From Macrostomum lignano (Eukaryota): 64,000 bases of DNA. The notes under the pieces are model-generated. The model ran no database searches and was not told where the DNA came from. It worked only from the letters and a program-made list of their open reading frames with translations. The translations under genes and the position numbers were made by a program. Below are positions 39,879 through 51,376 of this stretch, piece by piece (the first letter of the stretch is position 1; each line of letters opens with the position of its first letter). Where the stretch lies: NCBI GenBank assembly GCA_002269645.1, contig NIVC01000924.1, positions 96,970 through 160,969 on the forward strand, in the 5' to 3' direction.

Positions 39879-40810
39879 TGAGCTACTAGCTTTATTACTC
39901 AATCCGCTAATCCTTGGCAATCACGGGAAGCTGATGCTGCAGAGAGATCCGGTGGTGCCAGTGTCCGCAGCGCGTTCCTCCCCCTCGAGTTCAGGAGGTG
40001 GATGGTTGCTCTCTCGGTAGCCCTTCGGTAACAGACGAGCTGGCAGAGCTGGCAGAGATTCTGGGGCCTGAAAAAGTCTGGAGAGGTCCGGGTTTTTTGG
40101 GCCAAGGCAGTCACAGATGCAGTGCTACAAATTCTCAAGAGCGGAGAGACAGAATGGTCATTCCTTAATTTGAGGATTTTTCCGTGAAGGTAGCGATGCC
40201 TGGCAAAAGCGGTGTAATTTCCTATTTGAAACAATTATTAAATCTGCTTTTCCGAGAGCCAGACAAATTTTACATCTATTCAAGCCTACAAACTCCCTAG
40301 CTAACCTAACAACAAACATATTACCTTGGCACACACTACTAACACGTTTAAACCCCAGAGAGAATTATCTCCGTAGATCTACAATACAACTAAAAAATAG
40401 ACGCTCGTATATTGCATAATTTTCACTGAACAATATGTGATGAATGATTTCAGAAAGCAATAAAAAATTTAAACTTTTCAGTAAGTTAAAACTAATTATT
40501 AATGCGCATACGATGCCGTAATTGTGCATTTCAAAATTTTATAAAGTCGTACCTCTTGGAGATAAAATAATATTTTTTAGAGTTTCAGTTGTTTTTTAAG
40601 TTGACCATGAGCACCATTTATGTGCAGATTCCCTGCAGTTGTCATCGATCCTTGACATCAGAAGGTAGTCTGCCATCTTTGTCAGGAGCACACTTCCGAT
40701 TGTAGAATTCTTCACTTAAAGAAGTAGGCATTGCGTTTGAAGTTGCCTGATATTTATCAACAATTTCCTAAACTTTAATACGGCTTAAAAGTAAATACTC
40801 GACAGAGAAT

Positions 40811-41238
<428 letters not shown>

Positions 41239-41380
41239 TGTCTGTCTACTCCCATCTTGGAAGGATAAATTTTCAATAACTGGAAGTGGAACGGACCTGG
41301 GCACACTGTAAATAAGTTTCCATACTGTTGGCATTGGTAAACGGCCGGATCGCAGGTGTCTATCAGCTCTCTGCAGCCTG

Positions 41381-41749
41381 TTAATTTTCGCCGCGCACCG
41401 CAGCCCAGCCGATGGTGTCAACAATTTCAGCTAAACTGGGCACTCGACCGTCGAATATGCCGAACTTGTACCGACGATGCCCGCCAATAATGTACACGTC
41501 GAATATGTTGGTGTCGAATTCCGTACCCGAGGCCAACACAGGCGTGAAGGTCACCGGGAATGGGAAGAATTCGTATTCAGTAAGTCGCTGCCGGATTTGG
41601 GCCATGCGATCGGCATAGTTGTGCATGTCGGTGTAGTGAACGTACACGTGTACCGGGAAGAATACGCGATGCACAGAGATGGCCTGCTGGGCAGCGGAAG
41701 AGGCTGTGAAGTCCATTGTAGGCAAGGGGGCCTTTTTGGATTCGGACAA
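41381..41749 (-). CDS. 122-aa intronless ORF, probable Rdx-family (SelW/MIEN1-like) thioredoxin fold without the CxxU/C motif
   Basis: GC-rich coding-like island. VYVHYTDMHNY…L.. and FDVYIIG…GRVPSLAEIVDTI parallel SelW VRVVYCGAUGY…L and Rdx FEV.V.G…G.FP…EI…I. Confidence 0.6.
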   Translation of the reverse strand: MSESKKAPLPTMDFTASSAAQQAISVHRVFFPVHVYVHYTDMHNYADRMAQIRQRLTEYEFFPFPVTFTPVLASGTEFDTNIFDVYIIGGHRRYKFGIFDGRVPSLAEIVDTIGWAAVRGEN

Positions 41750-41887
41750 AACTTTTAGATAAGTTTAGTGTCTGCCATCCTACCTTATAGCGACTATTTT
41801 TAGTCTATGCCATAGACAGCGATGTACACAGTTAAGTAATTTGAATGAGAATCTCCGTGGGGTAATTAATACACCAAATGTTTGTCA

Positions 41888-42222
<335 letters not shown>

Positions 42223-43719
42223 TAAAAATTATTCTGCCCGTAAATACGCGCGAAGTTTTGAAAACTATATATACGCATGCCTAAATCTTTTAAGTATGTT
42301 GAAACGCTACGATTCCTGGTTGCAAGTAGGAAGCTCCGCAAGTGGATCTTGGATTCCCGATATGAGTATCTGATCTTGACTACTGCCGTCTCCTTACACT
42401 TAGGAAAGCGACAAGGTCTGTACAATATCCTAGCGCAGATATTTGTGGTAAATCCCTTTTTACTGTGTACTCCCTGTGAAACAGGCTGTGAAACAAATTA
42501 GGTCGTCGATGTTTTCTTAGAAATTCGAAGCTCTCCCAGCGCGTCCACATCATCGGATTCAGGCTCACCTGGCGTGAATACCATAGAAAGTGAAGACAAG
42601 ATTGCAGCTTCTCGTCTCGTCAGTCGTACAATCACAGAATACCACAGAATGCTCAATGGATTCAAGTAGAATGCGTCTCGAATTAAAACACCATAGATGC
42701 TACTCTTCCTGTGAAGATTTATAAGTAGTTGTAATTAATTGATAACATTAAAGTAGCAGTTTACTGCTTGTGCGAGCTCCTAGAGCAGCCGATGTAATTG
42801 GAATTATGCGATTGTTATAAAACTTAAGTGGCAAGATCTTATGGTGGTTAACAATCACTCAACCAGTATTGGATTCCATACCGCATAAGCAAAAAACTGT
42901 AAACAATTTGACTTAAGAACAATAAAAGGTTCATCAGTAGAAAGAATGTATAGTACACTTCTGCAGCGTTTAAGTAAACAAATTCAAAATTGAAAACAAT
43001 GTACTTGGGGATAAGGTTGAGGATCGTGAAGCGCAGCAGAAGCAGGACTGCAAGGGTCTGGCCGTGCTGACACTCTTCGAACTAACGGTGGCTTTTGTTT
43101 TCGTTCAACCGAGGAGCGTCCTTGTAAAAGTTCAATGCAGGATATGCACTGCTTAAAAGGCGCGTTCCCGGCTCGCGACGTTGATTTGGGCAGGTGTACA
43201 AATCATCCCTGAAGTGTTAACTGCACACAACCGCTCTCTTCCATTTGTGTTAGTTTGCTTTTCCCAGGAGGTCAGCTCGAAACAATCGCCGAGCCCAGTC
43301 TTCGCACCTGAAAGATGCAAGAGTTTGAACACTAAAGTGATTCTAAAATCAAAAAAGAAAACTCATACCACAGGAGTCAACTATGTGTTCTCTGAACTAC
43401 ATACCTTGCACTGTCTCCAGAAGGAAATGCATGAAATCGCGTCAAATGCGGGCACTTGTAGGCATAGGAATTGCAGCCATAAGCTGCGCACTGGGCTCGA
43501 GATTTTGTCATGATAGCACCGCACTGCTCTTCGCCTCAGAATAAAATAATGTTGTTGATCTACGACGTATGATTATTAAAAAAACAAAAGACAAAAATCA
43601 CAAGCCCATGCGAGTGATATCGTCTATGGTGATTCTTCTCCATACTACTTTCCCACAGCTTCACAGGAAGAGTAGCACAAAGCGAAAATTCCATTGAGAT
43701 TTTTTCTTCAGGGTGGCTG

Positions 43720-44017
43720 AAGTATACATTCTCCTCCTTTTCCCAGTGTGGCTATGGAAAAGTAAGTCCGAGGATGCATTTCTCAGGCCGAGGCTTCTGG
43801 CATTGCTACCTGCGTTTTTTTTGTAGATAGTGATAAACCGATTGAGGGTGAATGTACACTGGGGTGAGGGGTGAGTGTACATTCACCCTCAATCGGTTTA
43901 TCACTATCTACAAAAAAAAACGCAGGTAGCAATGCCAGAAGCCGAGGCCTTGAGAATATCATCCGAGGACTTTCTTTTCCATAGACATATTTGGAAAAAG
44001 GAGGAGAATGTATACTT
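43720..44017. repeat. Long palindrome (~140-bp arms, 13-nt spacer) upstream of the recombinase ORF
   Basis: Inner ~69 bp are a perfect inverted repeat apart from T8 vs A9; spacer GGGGTGAGGGGTG at 43861-43873. Confidence 0.95.
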
Positions 44018-44161
44018 AACCTACTGAAAGCAAAATACGCATCAATATCCAGTACAGTAAGTCTATGGCACAAGCTATGTGACTGACTGGCTAAAGTGTT
44101 ATAAATCGTTTACCTAGATGGAGCACTGAGCAGTCCATCCATTTGCATATATAATAGAACC

Positions 44162-45418
44162 ATGGAAGACGACTTAGATCTAGTGCTACGATATTTTGAA
44201 AGTAAAGAATCCGCTGCAACGAATCCTGCTGCTGGTAGTGATCGATTCGCTACGCTCTCGACTGACGAAATACAAGGGAAGCTGGACGCTGCTATCCCAC
44301 CAAATACGCGAAGGAAGGAACTATGGGCTGTAAGAATTTTTGACCAGTGGTTTGAGCAGCGACACAATCGAATTCTACATGGTGATACAACTGGCCTTCT
44401 CGTGTTGAAGGAGCGTCATGAATGGAACGCTTGCGATTGGAACTATCTATTAAAGATGTTCATTCTCGAGGTGCGAAAAGTCGATGGCACTAAATACAAT
44501 GCTACGACCCTTAGGGACATATTTTCCATGATGCAACACTATCTGCAGTACACGCTCAAGAAAGAACTGAATCTCTGGAAGGACGCTGCGTGCAGGGATG
44601 CAAGAATGGCATTGGATGCTGCCATGAAAGAAGCTACTAGAGAGGGCCTAGTTCCGGGGACAAATGCGTCTAGCCCAATTCCCGCAACTCTGGAGGAGGA
44701 GTTGTGGCAGAAAGGACGTCTTGCAACAACGTCGCCGAAATTACTGCTGTTTACGCTTGTGTTCTACCTTGGCAAGCAGTTCGCTTTGCGTGGAGGCACG
44801 GAGCTGCATGGTCTGAGATATAGCTGTGAGATCCAGTTGCAGCATGAAGACGGTCAAGAACTTCTAGTTTACTGTGAGAACAGAGCCACGAAGACCAACA
44901 ACGCTGGCATAAAGCGATGTTTTGTTCCATTGAAAACCGTTAAAGCATCTCATACTGCTGATCATGATAGATGTCTACCCTGCATCTACAAGCTGTATGT
45001 GGACAAAAGACCGGAAAACTGTACGGTTCAGAATTTGTTCCTGGCTTGGATGCGTAGCGATGCCAGCATCCAGCAAGGCAGGTGGTACCAAAACGCACCC
45101 GTCGGCCGGCACAGCTTCGACGGTATTGTTCGTGAATTAACGGCTCCCCTAACTGGAGTGACTGAGAGGTACACTAATCAGTCTCTACGCAAGACTTGCG
45201 CAAGTACTCTACACCGTGCTGGCTTTGCTAGAGAGGACATCGCTCGTGTTACAGGACACTCTTCGACAGCTATTGAGCGCTATATTCAGTTTGACGTACA
45301 AGACCATGTTAAAGTATCGCATGCTCTTCAATCTGGTGGTCAGTCATCAAGTCTGTCTATTGACACCGAGCCTGAACGCTCTGTTGAAGCTATGGAACAA
45401 AGTAACGTAGACTGCTAA
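44162..45418 (+). CDS. Crypton-type tyrosine recombinase (DUF3504/ZMYM-KCTD1-QRICH1-like), open 418-aa ORF
   Basis: FALRGGTELHGL (R), TKTNNAG (K), TNQSLR (H/QxxR), VTGHSS (H/W), IERY (Y); W…P.G motif WYQNAPVG. Confidence 0.9.
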   Translation: MEDDLDLVLRYFESKESAATNPAAGSDRFATLSTDEIQGKLDAAIPPNTRRKELWAVRIFDQWFEQRHNRILHGDTTGLLVLKERHEWNACDWNYLLKMFILEVRKVDGTKYNATTLRDIFSMMQHYLQYTLKKELNLWKDAACRDARMALDAAMKEATREGLVPGTNASSPIPATLEEELWQKGRLATTSPKLLLFTLVFYLGKQFALRGGTELHGLRYSCEIQLQHEDGQELLVYCENRATKTNNAGIKRCFVPLKTVKASHTADHDRCLPCIYKLYVDKRPENCTVQNLFLAWMRSDASIQQGRWYQNAPVGRHSFDGIVRELTAPLTGVTERYTNQSLRKTCASTLHRAGFAREDIARVTGHSSTAIERYIQFDVQDHVKVSHALQSGGQSSSLSIDTEPERSVEAMEQSNVDC

Positions 45419-45566
45419 TCCTGCAAAGAAAATGAGGCTTAACATCAATGGTAACACCAACACCGTTGAAATCGTTTTCGAGTGAGTGCTTACAAGACGC
45501 TTCTAAATCTTACTATTTGAACTTCCTGTTGTTGGTTTACATATGTTAAATACAACTGTTTATAGC

Positions 45567-45624
45567 AGGACTGAGAACCATTTCTCAGGCCTCGTTTGGG
45601 GACTGAGAAATGGTTCTCAGTCCT
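45567..45624. repeat. 22-bp-arm palindrome downstream of the recombinase ORF
   Basis: AGGACTGAGAACCATTTCTCAG [14 nt] CTGAGAAATGGTTCTCAGTCCT. Confidence 0.95.
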
Positions 45625-46056
45625 CCTACAACCGATAAATTACCATAGAAAAATATATCTATTATATTATACTATTATACGTATGTATATTGAGAATTTT
45701 TTCCAATGCTCGACCAATGCCTTACGCAATGCCAGATTTTTGCGCTCAGGCACCGAACTGAGACTTAAAACGGAGTTACAAGTATACAATTATCTGTGAA
45801 TAAGTAAAATTAACAGTTCACTACGGAAAGACTGGACTTGGTTAAATTAAAAACGTTCAATAAGACAAAGTTTATAGTTCTACTGAGATCTTAAACAGAG
45901 GGTAAATATAATTGGTGTTATATTTTTGTAAAACTGCTGATCAAGTCAATAGTTTTGCCATCAGGAGTCCGAGTTCAGAGTGAGTTGTCGTCAGTGCCAG
46001 CGAGTCTCAAGCTTTGATGAAGCGAGTTGGGTCTGAGATGTGGCTGCGGTTTACAT

Positions 46057-46251
46057 TTAACCAAGCCTAACCCTGACCCTAGCCCTGATGAACTTCTTGG
46101 CGTTGTGAACGGCCTCCTCCGACATGCTGGACTCGTCCACGTTGGACAGAGCCTCCAGATCGGCCATGGCCTCAGCCTTCTCCTCCTGGGTGGGCTCGGC
46201 GACAGCCAGGGCTGCGCACAGCAAAAGTCCGAGAGCGAGTTGCCACTTCAT
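46057..46251 (-). CDS. 64-aa secreted prepropeptide (signal, acidic pro-region, KK, FIRARVRVRL-G)
   Basis: MKWQLALGLLLCAALAVA signal; GC-rich coding-like composition; dibasic site; terminal Gly then stop. Confidence 0.72.
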   Translation of the reverse strand: MKWQLALGLLLCAALAVAEPTQEEKAEAMADLEALSNVDESSMSEEAVHNAKKFIRARVRVRLG

Positions 46252-47308
46252 AATTGCTTGAGTAGGATTGATATTCGAGTGTTTGAGCTAAGTCGAGTCT
46301 GGAGCTTGTTATCTTGAGCAGTTGGCAGATGCGAATTTATGCGCATCGGATTGGCACGTGTTTCCGCGGTCGGAGCAGCGGCGTTGGCTGAGTTGAAAGC
46401 GTTCGTGTGAGCAGGGCGGAGCAGAGACTGTACGGCTTGTCTATATGTTTAACAGGCAGAATTTGTTTGCTAGATGACCTATGCAATCAAATGGTATCTT
46501 GAGTTTTCTTATAACTCTTTATGACTTTTATTGACACTTCGCATGCATAGTAAATTTGAATGACAGTCGCTCAGGCAGTTGCACAGAATTAGGATGTCAG
46601 TAAAACCGTGACTTCAATTGTGACGTAACAACCCTTGAGTTGTCAGGGGTATTCTTGAACTCCACTCCCAGACTCCCAGCTGTGGAGACATTCTTGAGAC
46701 TTCTTGACATTTCTAACTTGCATTTTAAGCTTGTAAAGCAACACTTTGCGATGAAACGTCAGATTTATTCTCCAAAAATAACGAGCATGAAGTCATGTAA
46801 CATACTACAACAACACAAACTTCGTGGTTTTTCGTAAACTACAAAGCGTTGCTTTACGCTCAAATTTGTCACAGACAAAATGTTCTGCTTTGCCCATAGG
46901 GTCAACAGTCTGAAAGGGGGGATCCTCATGTTTTTGGCGTATTCCCAGCTACAGCCTTTTGAAATTAGAACCTGTCTCTTTTTGATAGTAGTATTTGAAG
47001 TTGCTGTTTTATATACTGGCATTCCTCAAGGTCAAAAGCCTACGAGCGACTCTCTGTCTGGGAAGATCCACAGGACTATAACAAATGCTCTAAAAATAGT
47101 AACAGTCTCCTGTGCAAACTGTCTATGGCCGCTGGCTTAGGTAATTTTGATTGAAAATCGAAGTCTGTGTCCCTCAGCTAAGCCGTACAGTGCCACATCA
47201 CATCAAGCCGAGCGAAAACAAGCCTCGAGCAACGCCGAAATTTCAATCGAAAACTTAGAAATCATCAATTGCACTTTAGCTAACCAAAGCAATTCATAGT
47301 TCGACACA

Positions 47309-50300
47309 ATGTCTGAAGAAGTGAGCACTCCCGGTAGCACTACTGATCGACTAATGCGAATGCAGCTGTCCCCATCGGCTCCAACCGCAGCCAATGTCGG
47401 AGAGTCTCCAGCACCCGAGGCCGAAGATCTCGACGAGTTAATCGCGCAAATAGTCAGCAACGATCCGCCGACGCGATTTTTTGGCATACAAAATCTGCGC
47501 CGACGTGTCTGCGACGATCGCGAAAGCTCCTATGCCAGACTGTTGCGCAGCCCCGCTTTCGATGTGATTCTTGAAGGCCTGGGCAATAGTCAGCTACCGG
47601 ACATGCAGTACGAATGCGCCTGGGTGCTGACCAATCTGCTGTCTGGCCGACAGGAGAAGTTCGACCTGCTAGCCCGAGGAGGTCTCTGCCAGCCGTTGGT
47701 GAAGCTGCTGGACGCTGGCGCTTCAGCCGATCGAACTCGTGAACAAGCTTGCTGGGCTCTTGCCAACATTGTCGGCGAATGTGCCGAATGGCGCGACCAA
47801 ACTTTGGTCTGCGGCCTCCTGCCAGCGCTGACCTCGCTGCTGGACTCTCGACCATCGTCCGGCGTGTTGGATGCCACTTCGCTGCTGCTAGTGAATCTGT
47901 TCCGCGATCACGAGCCGCGAGTCAGCTTTGAAGTGGCCAAGACTTTGGTGCCCTACCTGATGCAGCTGATGGATCATCCGCATAGGTAAGCTGAGATCAG
48001 TGGTGTACGCTGGTAGTTGCAGGCCGAAACCCTCAGGGAGCCAACAATAGGTGCGTGTTTGGAGGGGCCAGCCGTCTCTTGGTGTGTGTGGGTGTCCCTG
48101 TCTCTTAATGTTGGGTGTCCCTGTCTCTTAATGTTGAGTGTCCCTGTCTCTTAATGTTGGGTGTCTCTGTCTCTTAATGTTGGGTGTCCCTGTCTCTTAA
48201 TGTTGGGTGTCCCTGTCTCTTAATATTGGGTGTCCCTGTCTCTTAATGTTGGGTGTCCCTGTCTCTTAATATTGGGTGTCCCTGTCTCTTGATGAGTAGG
48301 CGTCCCTGTCTTTTGGTGTGTAGGCGTCCCTGTCTTTTGGTGTGTAGGCGTCCCTGTCTTTTGGTGTGTAGGCGTCCATGTCTTTTGGTGTGTATAGGTG
48401 TCCCTGTCTCTTAATGTTGGGTGTCCCTGTCTCTTAATGTTGGGTGTCCCCGTCTCTTAATGTTGGGTGTCCCTGTCTCTTAATGTTGGGTGTCCCCGTC
48501 TCTTAATGTTGGGTGTCCCTGTCTCTTAATGTTGGGTGTCCCTGTCTCTTAATGTTGGGTGTCCCTGTCTCTTAATGTTGGGTGTCCCCGTCTCTTAATG
48601 TTGGGTGTCCCTGTCTCTTAATGTTGGGTGTCCCTGTCTCTTGTTGTGTTGGAGTCCCTATCTCTTGTTGTGATGGAGTCTCTGTCTCTTGTTGTGGTAG
48701 AATCCCTGTCTCTTGTTGTGGTGGAGTCTCTGTCTCTTGTTGTGGTAGAATCCCTGTCTCTTGTTGTGGTGGAGTCCCTGTCTCTTGTTGTGGTAGAATC
48801 CCTGTCTTTTGTTGTGGTGGAGTCCCTGTCTCTTGTTGTGGTAGAATCCCTGTCTTTTGTTGTGGTGGAGTCTCTGTCTCTTGTTGGGTGGGTGCCATTG
48901 TCTTTTCGGTATTCGGAGGTTCGTCTTATTTCAGATGGAGAACTAACACACAAAAGCCAACAGCCAACTATAACACAGACTCTCCAGACACCTTAGTGCC
49001 ATCAATACGCACATGTCGTCACGAATACAAATCTTAATAATAGGCCTGGCTTTCTTTCTAAATGGTCGAATACGAATGACAGTTACACTTTGAAAGCCAG
49101 GCAGTAAAACTTCGATTGACTTTTAGAAGATCTGTATATCAAAAAGTCTCCGTGCATTTCAAAAGCTCAAATGCCCACCTCAACTCTCAGGTCTCTCGTT
49201 CCTCACCTACTTTGGGCAATGTCCTACCTCATCGAAGATAGCGAGCCAAGAGCCAGCCTCCTACTCAGGGAAGATGTGCTTCATCATTTGCGACGCTGTT
49301 TAACAAGCGGAGACGACAACGAGTTAATACCTGCTCTGCGAGTGTTTGGCAATTTCGCCTCGTCCATGACTCTGCTGCCAAACTGCGTGCTGGCAGACAA
49401 TCTGCTAGCCAAGATGAGACCTCTGCTTGACCATTCGGACGCCAAGGTTCGCCTGCAGGTGCTGTTCTTCACCAGCATCGCGTCGGACGGACCGGACACC
49501 TTCCTGGACCAGATCGCCGATGCTGGTTTCCTGCCTCGCGTTGGCCAAATTCTATTAGAAGCTGACGAGCGCGAGAAACGCGAAGCCTTCTGGATTGTAC
49601 CGAACTTTGTCATCACTAGGGGCAACAAGTTTGTAAGCTATTTGCAAGGTTAAACGAACATGTTTAAACTAGCCGATTTAAATTATTATTTATTTTGCAA
49701 CTAAAATATTTTATAAATTGCATAATCCCGCATCCTGCGGCTTCCACTCAATTGTACACGAATCACGTGACACCTATCCAGGAATCCAGGAAATGGCACC
49801 TATTTACGACTCAAAGTCGCACCTATCCACCAATCACTCATCGCACCTATCCACCAATCACTCATCGCACCTATCCACCAATCACTCATCGCACCTATCC
49901 ACCAATCACTCATCGCACCTATCCACCAATCACTCATCGCACCTATCCACCAATCACTCATCGCACCTATCCACCAATCACTCATCGCACCTATCCACCA
50001 ATCACTCATCGCACCTATCCACCAATCACTCATCGCACCTATCCACCAATCACTCATCGCACCTATCCACCAATCACTCATCGCACCTATTCACCAATCG
50101 CACGTCTCACCTACTCACACTCCGTTGTCTTTCACAGAAAAATCTCGTCGTCGAGAACTGTCTGGAAGGCTTCCTGGAGACGCTGACCCTGTCGGACACC
50201 GAGCTCACCCACTGCGTGCTGCTAAGCGTTCGCGAACTTCTAATCAGCGCTGCCAGACGCAAATCCGAAGACAGCGGTCAAAGTTTCGAATCGTTGCGCA

Positions 50301-51376
50301 AACAAATCGAACACTGCGGCGGATTAAAAAAGATCGAATTGGTGCAGAATTTGGCCGACAACGATTTGGCTCAGATGAGTCGACAGATTATTGACGACTT
50401 TTTCGTTCACAATGGAGCGCTTTATGAGACCAACTCCGCTGCCGGTCTGGATGAAGGAGCGAACCCTGGTTCTGAGCCAGCTGCAGATGTAGGAGAGGTG
50501 GGGGCTGAGGCTGCTGGTGAGACTGCCAATGAAGCTATCAACCAAGCTACAAATGAAGGTACCAACGAAACTACAAATGAAGGTAACAACCAAGCTACCA
50601 ACCAAGCTACAAATGAAGGTACCAATGAAACTACCAATGAAGGTACTAACCAAGCTACCAACCAAGCTACAAATGAAGGTACCAACGAATCTACCAACCA
50701 AGCTACAAACGAAACTACCAACGAAGCCACAAACCAAGCTACCAACGAAGCTACCAACCAAACTACAAATGAAGGTACCAACGAAGCTACCAACGAAGCT
50801 ACCAACCAAGCTACAAACGAAGGTACCAACCAAGCTACAAACGAAGGTACCAACCAAGCTACAAACGAAGGTACCAACCAAGCTACAAACGAAGGTACCA
50901 ACCAAGCTACAAACGAAGGTACCAACCAAGCTACAAACGAAGGTACCAACCAAGCTACAAACGAAGGTACCAACCAAGCTACAAACGAAGGTACCAACCA
51001 AGCTACAAACGAAAGTACCAACCAAGCTACAAACGAAGGTAGCAACCAAGCTACCAACCAAGCTACCAACCAAGCTACCAACCAAGCTACAAATGAAGGT
51101 ACCAACGAAGCTACCAACCAAGCTACAAACGAAGCTACCAACCAAGCTACAAACGAAGGTACCAACCAAGCTACCAATGAAGGTACCAACGAAGCTACGA
51201 ACGAAACTACCAACGAAGCTACGAATCAAGCTACCAATCAAACTACCAATAAGGCTACGAATGAGGCTACCAACGAAACTGCAAATGAATTTACTAACGA
51301 AGTCGGAATGGAGACAGTAAACAGGATTGCGCAGCCAACGCTCGAGGTGGCCAATGAAAAGATTGCTAGCGAATGA
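47309..51376 (+). CDS. Divergent importin-alpha (ARM repeats); exons 47309-47985, 49191-49632, 50138-51376; ~785 aa
   Basis: QYECAWVLTNLLSG, EQACWALANIVGE, LLWAMSYL, PALRVFGNF, KREAFWIVPN, IEHCGGLKKIELVQ are importin-alpha ARM motifs. GT-AG junctions are in phase. Confidence 0.85.
48085..48895. repeat. 21-bp minisatellite GGGTGTCCCTGTCTCTTAATG(TT) and derivatives in importin intron 1
   Basis: Direct reading. Confidence 0.93.
49818..50097. repeat. 24-bp minisatellite CACCTATCCACCAATCACTCATCG, ~11.5 copies, in importin intron 2
   Basis: Direct reading. Confidence 0.96.

Noticed and set aside
39899-40234. 111-aa minus ORF as a gene or last exon of the Rdx-like gene
   Set aside because: GC-rich, but no recognisable motif, and the Rdx-like ORF has its own stop; not supportable without RNA data.
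48935-49037. Alternative importin exon after TTTCAG
   Set aside because: Leads to a stop after ~33 codons with no ARM homology; the 49191 acceptor restores homology.
49718-50137. N-terminal STNHSSHL repeat of the 552-aa ORF as protein
   Set aside because: It is the 24-bp intronic minisatellite upstream of the acceptor at 50137.
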